Assembly: GCA_963716725.1 (NCBI GenBank)
Contig: CAVQUB010000011.1
Location: 352,001-416,000 of the forward strand
From: an uncultured delta proteobacterium
GTDB taxonomy: Bacteria; Myxococcota_A; Polyangia; Polyangiales; Polyangiaceae
DNA: 64,000 bases
Direction of reading: 5' to 3'
Of this stretch, positions 50,213 through 58,972 are shown one piece after another. The position numbers and the translations under genes are program-made. The notes under the pieces are model-generated. The model was not told where the DNA came from. It saw only the letters and a list, made by a program, of their open reading frames with translations, and did not search any database. Position 1 is the first letter of the stretch; each line of letters opens with the position of its first letter.

Positions 50213-51424
50213 ATGCGGCGAGTGTTGCTTCTCGGGGCGTGCGTTCTGGTGATGGCGTGCAGCAGCGACAGCGGTGACGACGCCGACACGGACGGAGGCG
50301 GCGGGACTGCGAGCGGCGGAACCAGCAGCGGCGGCGCGGCGGGGAGCGGTGGCTCCGCCGGAGCTCAGGTCGGAGGCAGCGCGGGTGCCGGCGCAGCGGG
50401 AGGCGCCGCAGGTGGCGGCAGCGGCGGAACCGGCGGCACGGCCACTGGCGGCACCAGCAACGGCGGCAGCGGCGGCACGGCCACTGGCGGAACCAGCAAC
50501 GGCGGCAGCGGCGGAACCAGCAGCGGCGGAACCAGCAGCGGCGGAACCAGCAGCGGCGGAACCAGCAGCGGCGGAACCAGCAGCGGCGGAACTGGCGGTA
50601 CGGCCACCGGCGGGACCGGGGGCGGGGCGGGCACCGTCTGCGCGCGTTGGAAAGCCGACCGCGCCGACATGGCGGAGGGCACCTGGAGCGGAAACGTCGC
50701 GGGCTGCGTGGCCGGGGACGTGAGCGCCAAGGGTCGGGCAAACGCCTTGAAGCTGGTCAACCTCTATCGCTTCATCGCTGGCCTGCCCGCGGTGACCAAC
50801 AACGCCACCGCAGATCAGCAGGCGCAGGCGTGCGCCTTGATGATGCACGCGAACGGCAAGCTCTCGCACACCCCACCGACGAGTTGGAACTGCTACACGG
50901 CGACGGGGGCAGGCTCGGCAGGCAAGAGCAACATCGCGACGACGCCGGGCGTGAAGGGCGTGGACCTCTACATGGCGGATCCGGGCAACGCGACCACCAT
51001 CGGCCATCGCCGGTGGATCTTGTCAAACTCCCTCGGACCCATCGGTCTGGGTACGACCAGCGGCTACTCGTGCATGCAGGTCATCGGCGGCAGCGGCAAG
51101 GCAGGCAAGCAGTACGTGGCCTTCCCACCGGGCGGGGAAGTACCGCTCCAGATGTTCACCGCGTCCTTTGCGTCCCTCGACTCCACTGGGTGGACCGTCC
51201 AGAGCGACACCATCAACCTGACCGGGGCCCAGGTGACGGTGAAGGACGCCGGCGCCACCAAACCGGTAACGGTCACTGCGCTTCAGGGCGGGTACGGCAG
51301 CAAATACGCCTTCCGCTTCAATCCCCAGGGCTGGAAGACCGAGGCGGGGCACACCTACTCGGTCAGCGTCACCGGCGCGGCGCAGCCCATCAGCTACGAC
51401 GTGAAGGTCGTGAACTGCAACTGA
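50213..51424 (+). CDS. CAP-domain lipoprotein with a Gly/Ser/Thr linker
   Basis: VMAC lipobox, (GGTSS)n, NLYRFIAGL, LSH, GHRRWIL. Confidence 0.82.
   Translation: MRRVLLLGACVLVMACSSDSGDDADTDGGGGTASGGTSSGGAAGSGGSAGAQVGGSAGAGAAGGAAGGGSGGTGGTATGGTSNGGSGGTATGGTSNGGSGGTSSGGTSSGGTSSGGTSSGGTSSGGTGGTATGGTGGGAGTVCARWKADRADMAEGTWSGNVAGCVAGDVSAKGRANALKLVNLYRFIAGLPAVTNNATADQQAQACALMMHANGKLSHTPPTSWNCYTATGAGSAGKSNIATTPGVKGVDLYMADPGNATTIGHRRWILSNSLGPIGLGTTSGYSCMQVIGGSGKAGKQYVAFPPGGEVPLQMFTASFASLDSTGWTVQSDTINLTGAQVTVKDAGATKPVTVTALQGGYGSKYAFRFNPQGWKTEAGHTYSVSVTGAAQPISYDVKVVNCN
50510..50592. repeat. 15-bp coding tandem repeat (GGCGGAACCAGCAGC, ~5 copies)
   Basis: Directly visible. Confidence 0.9.
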
Positions 51425-51562
51425 CCCAGGGAAATTCCCCGACAAATTCGCTCAGTTGTCGCAGAGAGCTGGCCCACGCCCCAGCCGGCTTGCCCCCTTT
51501 CGATGTGGCTGGGATAATCCCGAAAACTCGGGGAATCCACCACGACCACGACCACCAAAGCG

Positions 51563-53230
51563 CTGGGAAAGTACCGGCTGCTCGCCCGGCTCGGGCAGGG
51601 CGGCATGGCGGAGGTGTTCCTCGCGGCCGCGGCCGGTCCGGCTGGGTTCAACAAACTGCTGGTCGTGAAGCTGATGAAGCCGGAGCTGCTCGAGGAGCCC
51701 GAGCACAAGACGATGTTCCTCGACGAGGGCAAGCTCGCCGCCCGGCTGAACCACCCCCACATCGTTCAGACCCACGAAGTTCAGATCGACGGCGATCAGT
51801 ACTTCATGGCGATGGAGTACCTGGATGGGCAGCCGCTGCATCGGATCCTGCGGCGCGCGCACAAGACCCAGACGTACCTACCCCTGCACTGGCACTTGCA
51901 CTTCCTGTGCGAGGTCCTGTCCGCCCTCGAGTACGCCCACGAGCTCTGCGACTACGACGGGACTCCGCTCCGCCTCGTGCACCGGGACGTGACTCCTCAC
52001 AACGTCTTCGTGACCTACGCCGGGCAGGTGAAGTTGTGTGACTTCGGGATAGCGAAGAGCATGGTCTCCTCGGTCGAGACCCGTGCGGGTGTCCTCCGCG
52101 GCAAGGTCGCCTACATGTCTCCCGAGCAAGTGCTCGGCGCGAAGCTCGACCACCGGGGCGACTTGTTCTCGGTGGGGGTGATGCTCTGGGAAGCCATCGC
52201 GGGCACTCGCATCTGGGACGGCTTCGCCGAAATCCAGATCATGCAGGGGCTCTGCCAAGGCGAAGTCCCGAGACTGAGGGATCGCGACCCCAACGTCGAT
52301 CCCGAGCTGGAGGCCGTCGTGCAGCGAGCGCTCGCGCCACGCCCCGACGACCGGTTCCAGACCGCGCGAGAGTTTCGTCAAGCGCTCGAGAGTTTCCTGT
52401 TCAGCCACACCGCTCGAGTCGATCCGCGAGCGGTCGGTGATTTCATCGGCAAGCAGTTCGAAAAGGAGCGCTCCGGGCTGCAGTCCGTGATCCAGGAACA
52501 GCTGACGGGACCGCATCAATCGCCGGCGGCGCTCGACTCACGCCCGCCCCCGTTCTTGCGTCACGCGAGCGACTCGAGCCCCTCACGCTCGGCCCGCGCC
52601 GAATACGCCGCGTCGCAACCGTCCGCGGCGGGAAGTTCCGGGGGCAACATGCAGCTCGGTGGGGGCAGTCGCACCATCCCCTCGGTCGAGGTCCAAGCCT
52701 TCCGGCCGCGCCGCACCTTCGCTGCCGCGGTGGGCATCGCCGCGGCCTTGGGCGTGTTCTTGATCGTCGCCGTCGCTTTCTTGGTCGTGCGCATGACGAG
52801 CGACCCAAAAGCGCAAGTTCCGGACGTGGAGGCGGTCAGGCCAGCCACCCCCGGCGAGCCGATGCATCCCGCGGCATCGGCCTCACCTACCGCGCCACAG
52901 GTGGTGGAGATCCGCGTCACCGTGTCTCCTGCGTCCGCGAAGCTGTTCATGGACGGCACGGAGATGACCAACCGACCCTTCGTCGTGAGTCAGCTCGCCG
53001 ACGCGAAAGACCACACCTTCCGCGGCGAAGCTGCCGGACACGATCCGGAGGAGCGAGTGCTGAAGTTCGACCAGAGCCGGGAGATCGCGCTGGTGCTGAA
53101 AAAGAGCTCTGGCGGGGGCTTCCGTGCTCCGGTGGTCACGCCGCCTCCGCCGAAGCCCGAGGAGCCGGAGATCACCAACAAGAAGAAGCCACCTTCGACG
53201 CAGCTCGATCCGGGCGATCCATGGAAGTGA
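51563..53230 (+). CDS. Membrane Ser/Thr protein kinase (start codon uncertain)
   Basis: Frame extends 5' of ATG 51605 to LGKYRLLARLGQGGM; HRDVTPHN, DFG, GKVAYMSPEQ, TM helix, PEGA-like C-terminus. Confidence 0.88.
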   Translation: MGKYRLLARLGQGGMAEVFLAAAAGPAGFNKLLVVKLMKPELLEEPEHKTMFLDEGKLAARLNHPHIVQTHEVQIDGDQYFMAMEYLDGQPLHRILRRAHKTQTYLPLHWHLHFLCEVLSALEYAHELCDYDGTPLRLVHRDVTPHNVFVTYAGQVKLCDFGIAKSMVSSVETRAGVLRGKVAYMSPEQVLGAKLDHRGDLFSVGVMLWEAIAGTRIWDGFAEIQIMQGLCQGEVPRLRDRDPNVDPELEAVVQRALAPRPDDRFQTAREFRQALESFLFSHTARVDPRAVGDFIGKQFEKERSGLQSVIQEQLTGPHQSPAALDSRPPPFLRHASDSSPSRSARAEYAASQPSAAGSSGGNMQLGGGSRTIPSVEVQAFRPRRTFAAAVGIAAALGVFLIVAVAFLVVRMTSDPKAQVPDVEAVRPATPGEPMHPAASASPTAPQVVEIRVTVSPASAKLFMDGTEMTNRPFVVSQLADAKDHTFRGEAAGHDPEERVLKFDQSREIALVLKKSSGGGFRAPVVTPPPPKPEEPEITNKKKPPSTQLDPGDPWK

Positions 53231-54222
53231 TGCGCCGCTTCGCGAGTGGGCTGGCGCTCGCAGCAGCTTGCCTCACGGTCTTGCCAGCAACGGTGAACGC
53301 CGCTGAACCCAAGGCCGAAGAACAGGCCGAAGCGCGATCTCGCTACAAGAAGGGGCTCGAACTCTACGACGAGGGCGCTTTCGACGCAGCGCTGATCGAG
53401 CTGCAGCGCGCCTACGATCTCTCCCCCTCGTACAAGATCCTCTACAACGTCGGGCTGGTCTACCTACAGCTGAACGACTTCGCGGGGTCGCTCCGCAATT
53501 TCAAGAAGTATCTGGACGACGGCGGGAAGAAGATCGATCAGCGGCGACGGGCGGAGGTCGAGAAAGAGATCGGCAAGCTCCAGGGCCGGGTCGCGAGCGT
53601 CGAGCTCAGCGTGAACGTGGACGGCGCCGAGGTGAGCGTCGACGACCTGGAAGTGGGCGAGACCCCCCTCGACAAGCCCCTGATCGTCAACGCCGGCAAG
53701 CGGAAGATCTCGGTGCAGAAGTCCGGCTACGCACGCGCAACCAAGGTCGTCGTGGTGGCCGGCGGGGACACCACGAAGCTCACCCTGACGCTCGAATCCG
53801 GCTCCTCCGCGGCGGCGCCACCGGGCAACGCGGACAAGCCTGGGGCGGCGGCGGCGGGCAAGTCGGCGAAGGGAAAGCCGGAGTCCGGGCCCAGCCGACC
53901 GATCCCGTGGCTGTGGTGGGGAGTGACGGGCGGGCTCGTCGCGGGAACCACCGTCGCCGGCGTGTTCACCCTCGGCGCGCAGTCGGACCTCGACGGAAAG
54001 AAGCAGCACCCGACGGGCAAGGCCGAGCTCGACGACGCGGCGTCGAAGACGCGAACGTTGGCCATCGTGACCGACGTGCTCTTGGTCGGAAGCCTGGCCG
54101 CCGGCGGGTACGCCACCTATCTGACCTTCTTCGCGAAGCCCGAAGACCCGAAGAAGGATCGGGCCGCAGGCCTCTCGATCGGCGTCGGTCCCGCCAGCGT
54201 GAGCGTAGCCGGCAGCTTCTGA
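53230..54222 (+). CDS. TPR + PEGA domain exported protein
   Basis: Signal peptide, TPR (ALIELQRAYDL..ILYNVG), PEGA (VDGAEVSVD..VGETPL); TGATG coupling to the kinase. Confidence 0.85.
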   Translation: MRRFASGLALAAACLTVLPATVNAAEPKAEEQAEARSRYKKGLELYDEGAFDAALIELQRAYDLSPSYKILYNVGLVYLQLNDFAGSLRNFKKYLDDGGKKIDQRRRAEVEKEIGKLQGRVASVELSVNVDGAEVSVDDLEVGETPLDKPLIVNAGKRKISVQKSGYARATKVVVVAGGDTTKLTLTLESGSSAAAPPGNADKPGAAAAGKSAKGKPESGPSRPIPWLWWGVTGGLVAGTTVAGVFTLGAQSDLDGKKQHPTGKAELDDAASKTRTLAIVTDVLLVGSLAAGGYATYLTFFAKPEDPKKDRAAGLSIGVGPASVSVAGSF

Positions 54223-54224
54223 TC

Positions 54225-54361
54225 CCACCCCCACCGCGCACGCACGCGCCCCTCGCACGCGCACGTGCCCCTCGCACGCGCACGCGCGCCCGACCCCGAC
54301 CCAAAGGCGCGGAGTACGCAGAGCACGCGGAGAACGCAGGGGTCTTCTTCCTCAGAGTCAG
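54225..54361. repeat. (GCACGC)-rich repeats and the third copy of the ~65-bp GACCCAAAGGCGC element
   Basis: 54298-54361 aligns with 23876-23940 and 23976-24040. Confidence 0.85.
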
Positions 54362-54510
54362 AGCCCACACTCGACCCCGACCCGTTGCCGGATCAGCCCG
54401 GTGAGCAGCGCCACCACGCGATTACCGAGCACGACGCATCTCGCGGCGTCCTCCGCCGACGCATCTCCGGTCAGCGCCGCGATCTCGACTGCAGCGACGG
54501 CTGGCGCCGC
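54358..54510 (-). pseudogene. 3' remnant of a four-helix-bundle gene, truncated at the IS630 left end
   Basis: Encodes [38 protein letters not shown], nearly identical to the C-terminus of 24052..24408. Confidence 0.85.
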
Positions 54511-54513
54511 CTA

Positions 54514-56243
54514 GTGCCGCGCGGCAGAAGTTTCGCTGGTTTCTTTTCCGTGTGCGTGTCGTCGGTGTGGTGGGGTGACATGATCGACTACAGCGCGTTC
54601 GCGGGCCGAGCGCACGGTGGTCGTCCGACGGTTCCGCTCGCGCTGAGGGCTGAAGAGCGCGCGCGGATTGAGGAGGCGTTGCGACCCGCCAGGGCGGAGC
54701 AGCGGCTGGTTCGTCGGGCGCAGGCCGTGTTGATGATGGCGGACGGAGTGCCTGCGACGGACATCGCCCGGCTCCTCGGGGTGCACGTGCGCACGGTGGA
54801 CGACTGGCGCAAGCGCTTCGACTGCGCGGCACCTAGCGAGAGACTGGCGGACGCCCCGCGCTCGGGACGGCCGCCCTCTCTCTCTCGGACACCGTAGCGG
54901 CTCGAGTAGAAGCAGAAGCGTGTCGACCGCCGAGCGACGTCGGCGTGCCCGTCACGCACTGGTCAGCGTCGTTGCTTGGCGTGCACGTTCGCGCGCAAGG
55001 AATTCAGATCAGCGACCGGTCGGTGGGCCGCATACTCAAGGATGCTGACCTGCAACCGCATCGGCAACAAATGTACCTGACTTCGCACGACGACGAGTTC
55101 AGGGGGAAGCGCGACGACGTGCTGCGCGTCTACTACGAGACGCCAAAGAAGGAGCACATCGTGTGCGTCGACGAGAAGACCGGCATCCAGGCGCTCGAAC
55201 GCCGCTACGCTGACATTCCGATGGTGGCCGGACAGCCCGTCCGCCGCGAATTCGAGTACGTCCGCCATGGCACGCTCTGCTGGATGGGAGCGCTCGATGT
55301 CCGCCGCGGCAAGCCGTTCGGCTTCATCTCGGACGGGCACGACAGCGACACCTTCGTCGAGCTACTCGACGTCATCGAGGCGGTCTACCCGCCGGGTCGT
55401 GGCCACATCATCATGGACAATCTCTCCGCCCACGACACGCCCGACGTGAACGAGTGGTTTGACGAGCACCCACGCTGGACGCGCCACTTCACGCCGAAGC
55501 ACGCGTCGTGGCTCAACCAGATCGAGTGCTGGTTCTCGATCCTCACGCGCCAACTTCTCGCACGAGGCTCGTTCACGTCAACCGACGACCTCGCGGCGAG
55601 GATCGACGCGTACGTCGCGTGGTATCTGCAGACCGACCGACCCTTTCGCTGGTCGTACCGCCCCGAGTCCTGGGCCGAATCCAGAAAAATCCCCTCACTT
55701 TCTGCGAAGAAAGCCGCAACTGTTTCGGAGTGAGGCCCGACCACACGGGGATGGCACAGGAAGGGCGAAAGCTCGGAAGATTTGGGGATGGGACGGACGA
55801 GGTGATCGGTGCGCTGATCGAGGTGCATCGGCATCTCGGTCCATGGCTGATGGAATCCGCATATGAGGCCTGTCTATCTGCCGAGCTGTCCGAACGACGG
55901 CTCAAGTTCGAGCGGCAGCGACCGCTACCAATCCGCTACAAAGGCGTACACCTTGACTGCGCCTATCGCCTCGACCTGGTCGCTTCCAGATCGTATCCTC
56001 CTGGAGCTCAAGGCGGTCGAGCGGCTGCTCCCGATTTACGAAGCGCAGGTCATCACCTATCTGCGCCTTTCGCGGTTGCCCGTCGGCCTGCTCGCCAACT
56101 TCAACGTGACCGCGCTCAGAAATGGCCTGCGGAGGCTAACGCCTGACCACCCCAAATCCTTCCGCTCTTCCGCCCTTCCTGTGAGAGCCCAAATGAGCGC
56201 AGGTCTCAGGGGCGAATCCACTCGAACTTCGGCCGCGCGGCAC
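54514..56243 (+). mobile_element. IS630-family element with a GxxExxY passenger gene
   Basis: Terminal inverted repeats GTGCCGCGCGGC(A/C)GAAGTT at both ends; flanking TA at 54512-13 and 56244-45. Confidence 0.85.
54580..55733 (+). CDS. IS630 transposase (HTH ORF + DDE ORF, -1 shift in a (CT)n run at ~54876-54886)
   Basis: DAPRSGRPP, THWS, VDEKTGIQAL, FEYVRHGT, MDNLSAH, HFTPKHASWLNQIE. Confidence 0.92.
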
Positions 56244-56246
56244 TAG
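55751..56246 (+). CDS. GxxExxY family (PD-(D/E)xK-like) protein, frameshift ~55985
   Basis: IGALIEVHRHLGPWLMESAYEACL, YRLDLV, ELKAV, AQVITYLRLS..GLLANFN. Confidence 0.85.
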
Positions 56247-57844
56247 TTACACTTCGTGCGCGCGCCTTCGACGGTGTTCGTGATCGAGTTGAAGAACTGA
56301 CCACTCGAGGTGAATTTGCCAGTCGCATCGATGCACCAGACGTCCACGTCCGCGGGCGCCTCGCCCTTGGTCACGTCGAAGTCGAGGGGGCCGGACACAC
56401 CATCGTAGTCGATCTTGCCGTCGGGCTCGAGCAGCGCGCTGAAGGCGGCGTTCACCTCACTCGGGCCAGCGGGGATCTTCGCTCCGCCCACGCTGCGGGA
56501 CAGCCCCTGATTCATGGCCGCGCCGGTTGGACTCTGCTCGCTGGTGGCGACGAGCGCGTAGGCCGCGAGGTAGGTCGCGTCGTAGGCGTGCTCGGCGTAA
56601 GTGCCGGGGTCCTGGTTGGCGTTGAAGGCCTTGAAGCGCCCCTTGAACGCTTGGTATTGCGGCGTTTCGCGCCCCGGCGCCGTCCCGAACACGTTTGGCC
56701 GAAGCGTGCCCGCCGTGTCCAGCAACTGCTGGATCTTGCCGCCGTCGCTGAACAAATAGATGCGCTTGTCAGCGGCCGGATCCTGCTTCAAGCCCGCGAA
56801 CAGCCCCGTCACTGTCTCCGTGGTGCCAACCAGGAGCACGATCTGCGGAGCGTGCGCCGCAATGGCCTCGACCGTGGTGACGAAGTCCGTGGTGTCCGGC
56901 TTGTAGTCGATGCGTAGGAAGTTGTCGCCGTTGCCGTTGGCCGGGAGACCGTTGAACTTGATCAGCGCGCTAGCGGCGTTGGCGAGCCCCGTGCCGTAGG
57001 CGTCGCCGAGCACCGTCATCGCGACTTTGATGGGCGTACCGTTGGCAATGGCCTGATCGATCCGGATTTGCTTCTCGAACTCGGAGACCAGCGCCGCCAT
57101 CGGGATGGCCTGCAGCGCATCGCTGGGAGGAATGCGCCAAACCAGCCCGTTGTCACCGAGATCCGTGATGGCCGGGCTCGTGGCCGAGTACGAGAGCAAG
57201 AGCGATCCGGCCGGGATGGTGATCTTGGTCGCGATCTCGAGGGTGACGCTGCTGAAGGCCGGTCCGATCGACAGCGGGACCCGGACCTCTTGGGCCAGGT
57301 GTCTGGCGACCTTGCTCGGATCGGCGGAGTCGTCGCAAGCCAGGACTGCGATGCGACGGCGCTCGGTCGTACCCTTGACGGGGATGCCGACGGCGGTCTG
57401 CTCGAGCTCGTTGATCGCGAGCTGCACGCCTTGCCAGGCAGGGGTGCCGCTGGAGATGTCCGGCCCCGTGAGCGGCCCGATGAACCCGATCACGACCGTG
57501 TCGTCTTCGGCGAGCGCAGCGGCCGGGACCACCTCCGCGCACTCCGGGGTGGTGAGCTGCACACAGATCCGCCCCGGGCGCCGGCAGATGGCGGGGGCGC
57601 CGCCGAAGCGCGCGCTGCACTCTTGGTTGGTCTTGCAGTCGCCGAGGGCACACACCTTGTCGGCCGTGCACACCGCATCGGCAAACTCGGCACCTTTGGC
57701 GACGCAGTCTGCCGTCGTCTCGCACTGGGCGACATCGGTGTCGACCACCAGATTGCAGGAGCTGGAGGCACCACCGAACGCAAGGCCAAGGCCGGCGGCA
57801 AGGATGGCCCCACGCCATCGGATTCGTCGTTTGGTGCGCGGCAT
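56243..57844 (-). CDS. LivJ/K-type ABC substrate-binding lipoprotein with a Cys-rich N-terminus
   Basis: SSSC lipobox, IGFIGPLTG, IGPAFS, SATSPAIT, YDA.YL, YDGVSGPLDFD. Confidence 0.82.
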   Translation of the reverse strand: MPRTKRRIRWRGAILAAGLGLAFGGASSSCNLVVDTDVAQCETTADCVAKGAEFADAVCTADKVCALGDCKTNQECSARFGGAPAICRRPGRICVQLTTPECAEVVPAAALAEDDTVVIGFIGPLTGPDISSGTPAWQGVQLAINELEQTAVGIPVKGTTERRRIAVLACDDSADPSKVARHLAQEVRVPLSIGPAFSSVTLEIATKITIPAGSLLLSYSATSPAITDLGDNGLVWRIPPSDALQAIPMAALVSEFEKQIRIDQAIANGTPIKVAMTVLGDAYGTGLANAASALIKFNGLPANGNGDNFLRIDYKPDTTDFVTTVEAIAAHAPQIVLLVGTTETVTGLFAGLKQDPAADKRIYLFSDGGKIQQLLDTAGTLRPNVFGTAPGRETPQYQAFKGRFKAFNANQDPGTYAEHAYDATYLAAYALVATSEQSPTGAAMNQGLSRSVGGAKIPAGPSEVNAAFSALLEPDGKIDYDGVSGPLDFDVTKGEAPADVDVWCIDATGKFTSSGQFFNSITNTVEGARTKCN

Positions 57845-57883
57845 CCCCAGACGCTCGAACCGTAGCACGACTTCGCCGCCGGC

Positions 57884-58927
57884 CTAAACTCCGGGGGCGG
57901 CAGCGAGCGCTTGCGCGTCGAGCCCGAGCAAGCGCGCGGCGTTCTCGTGGAGCACCTTGGCGCGGAGCTCTTCGCGCCCCACCGTTGCGATCAGCAGCTT
58001 CGCCAGCGGAATGGCCTGGTGGTAGAAGGGCCAGTCGCTACCGAAGAGGACGCGGGACACGTCCGCGGTGTCCAGGATCTTGCGGACGTTGGTCAGCGAC
58101 TGACTCGAGGTCTCGAGATAGACGTTGGGGTGACGCTTCGCGATCTCGAGGGCCAGGTCCATCTGCAGCGCGCCGGAGTGACCAAGTACGAAGGTCGTCT
58201 CCGGGTTCTTCTCGATGGGCCGGAAGTAGTGCCGCACCTGTGAGAGGCGCCGGCCGAGCCGCGTCTCGATGTCGACGGGGCCGCAGTGGAACAACACCGG
58301 TAGGCGGTATTTCGCGCAGAGCGCGTAGAGCTTCATCGCCCGCGAATCACCCGGCAACACAGTCTGCACGGCTGGATGCATCTTGATGCCCCGCGCGCCG
58401 AGGCCGATCTGGCGGATCAGCTCGCGCTCCATGTTCGGCCGGTAGGGGTGGACCGAGCCGAACACGATCAGGTCGTCGTGCCCCTTGGCCGCCGAGAGCC
58501 ACTCTCCGGCGTTGTCGCTCAGCACCGGAAAGTCGATGGCAAGGAGCACGGAGCGCGCGACACGGAGCCCGCGCATCTCCCGCTCGAGGTTGGGAATGGT
58601 GTGCGTCTTGCGCATACCGCCCCCGGTCAGGCTGCCCAGGGCGAGGTCGCGACCGAGACGCTTCATATCCGCCTTGGAGAAGTTGCGGTTCGCGTACACG
58701 TCGAGGTCGAGCTGCCGCTCGACGGGCAAGTAGTGCTGGGTCTCGGCGTGCTCTTGCCCGAGGTCGACGCTCCGCCGCACCACGAAGGAGAGAGCCAAGT
58801 GCGTGTGTACGTCGATGGCTGGTCCCACGCTGTCGTCCACGAGCACGAGCTCCCGCCCGCGGCGCTCGAACCATGGCAGGCGGTCGAGGTCGAGAGTGCT
58901 GTCGAATCGGCTTGGGAATTCCGCCAT
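57884..58927 (-). CDS. Amidohydrolase_2 family metal-dependent hydrolase
   Basis: DVHTH, GIKMHP, FHCG, GHSG, FGSDWP. Confidence 0.88.
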   Translation of the reverse strand: MAEFPSRFDSTLDLDRLPWFERRGRELVLVDDSVGPAIDVHTHLALSFVVRRSVDLGQEHAETQHYLPVERQLDLDVYANRNFSKADMKRLGRDLALGSLTGGGMRKTHTIPNLEREMRGLRVARSVLLAIDFPVLSDNAGEWLSAAKGHDDLIVFGSVHPYRPNMERELIRQIGLGARGIKMHPAVQTVLPGDSRAMKLYALCAKYRLPVLFHCGPVDIETRLGRRLSQVRHYFRPIEKNPETTFVLGHSGALQMDLALEIAKRHPNVYLETSSQSLTNVRKILDTADVSRVLFGSDWPFYHQAIPLAKLLIATVGREELRAKVLHENAARLLGLDAQALAAAPGV

Positions 58928-58972
58928 TGGTTGAGGCTAGTCGCATCGACGGCGCGGTGCTAACCGAGCTTC

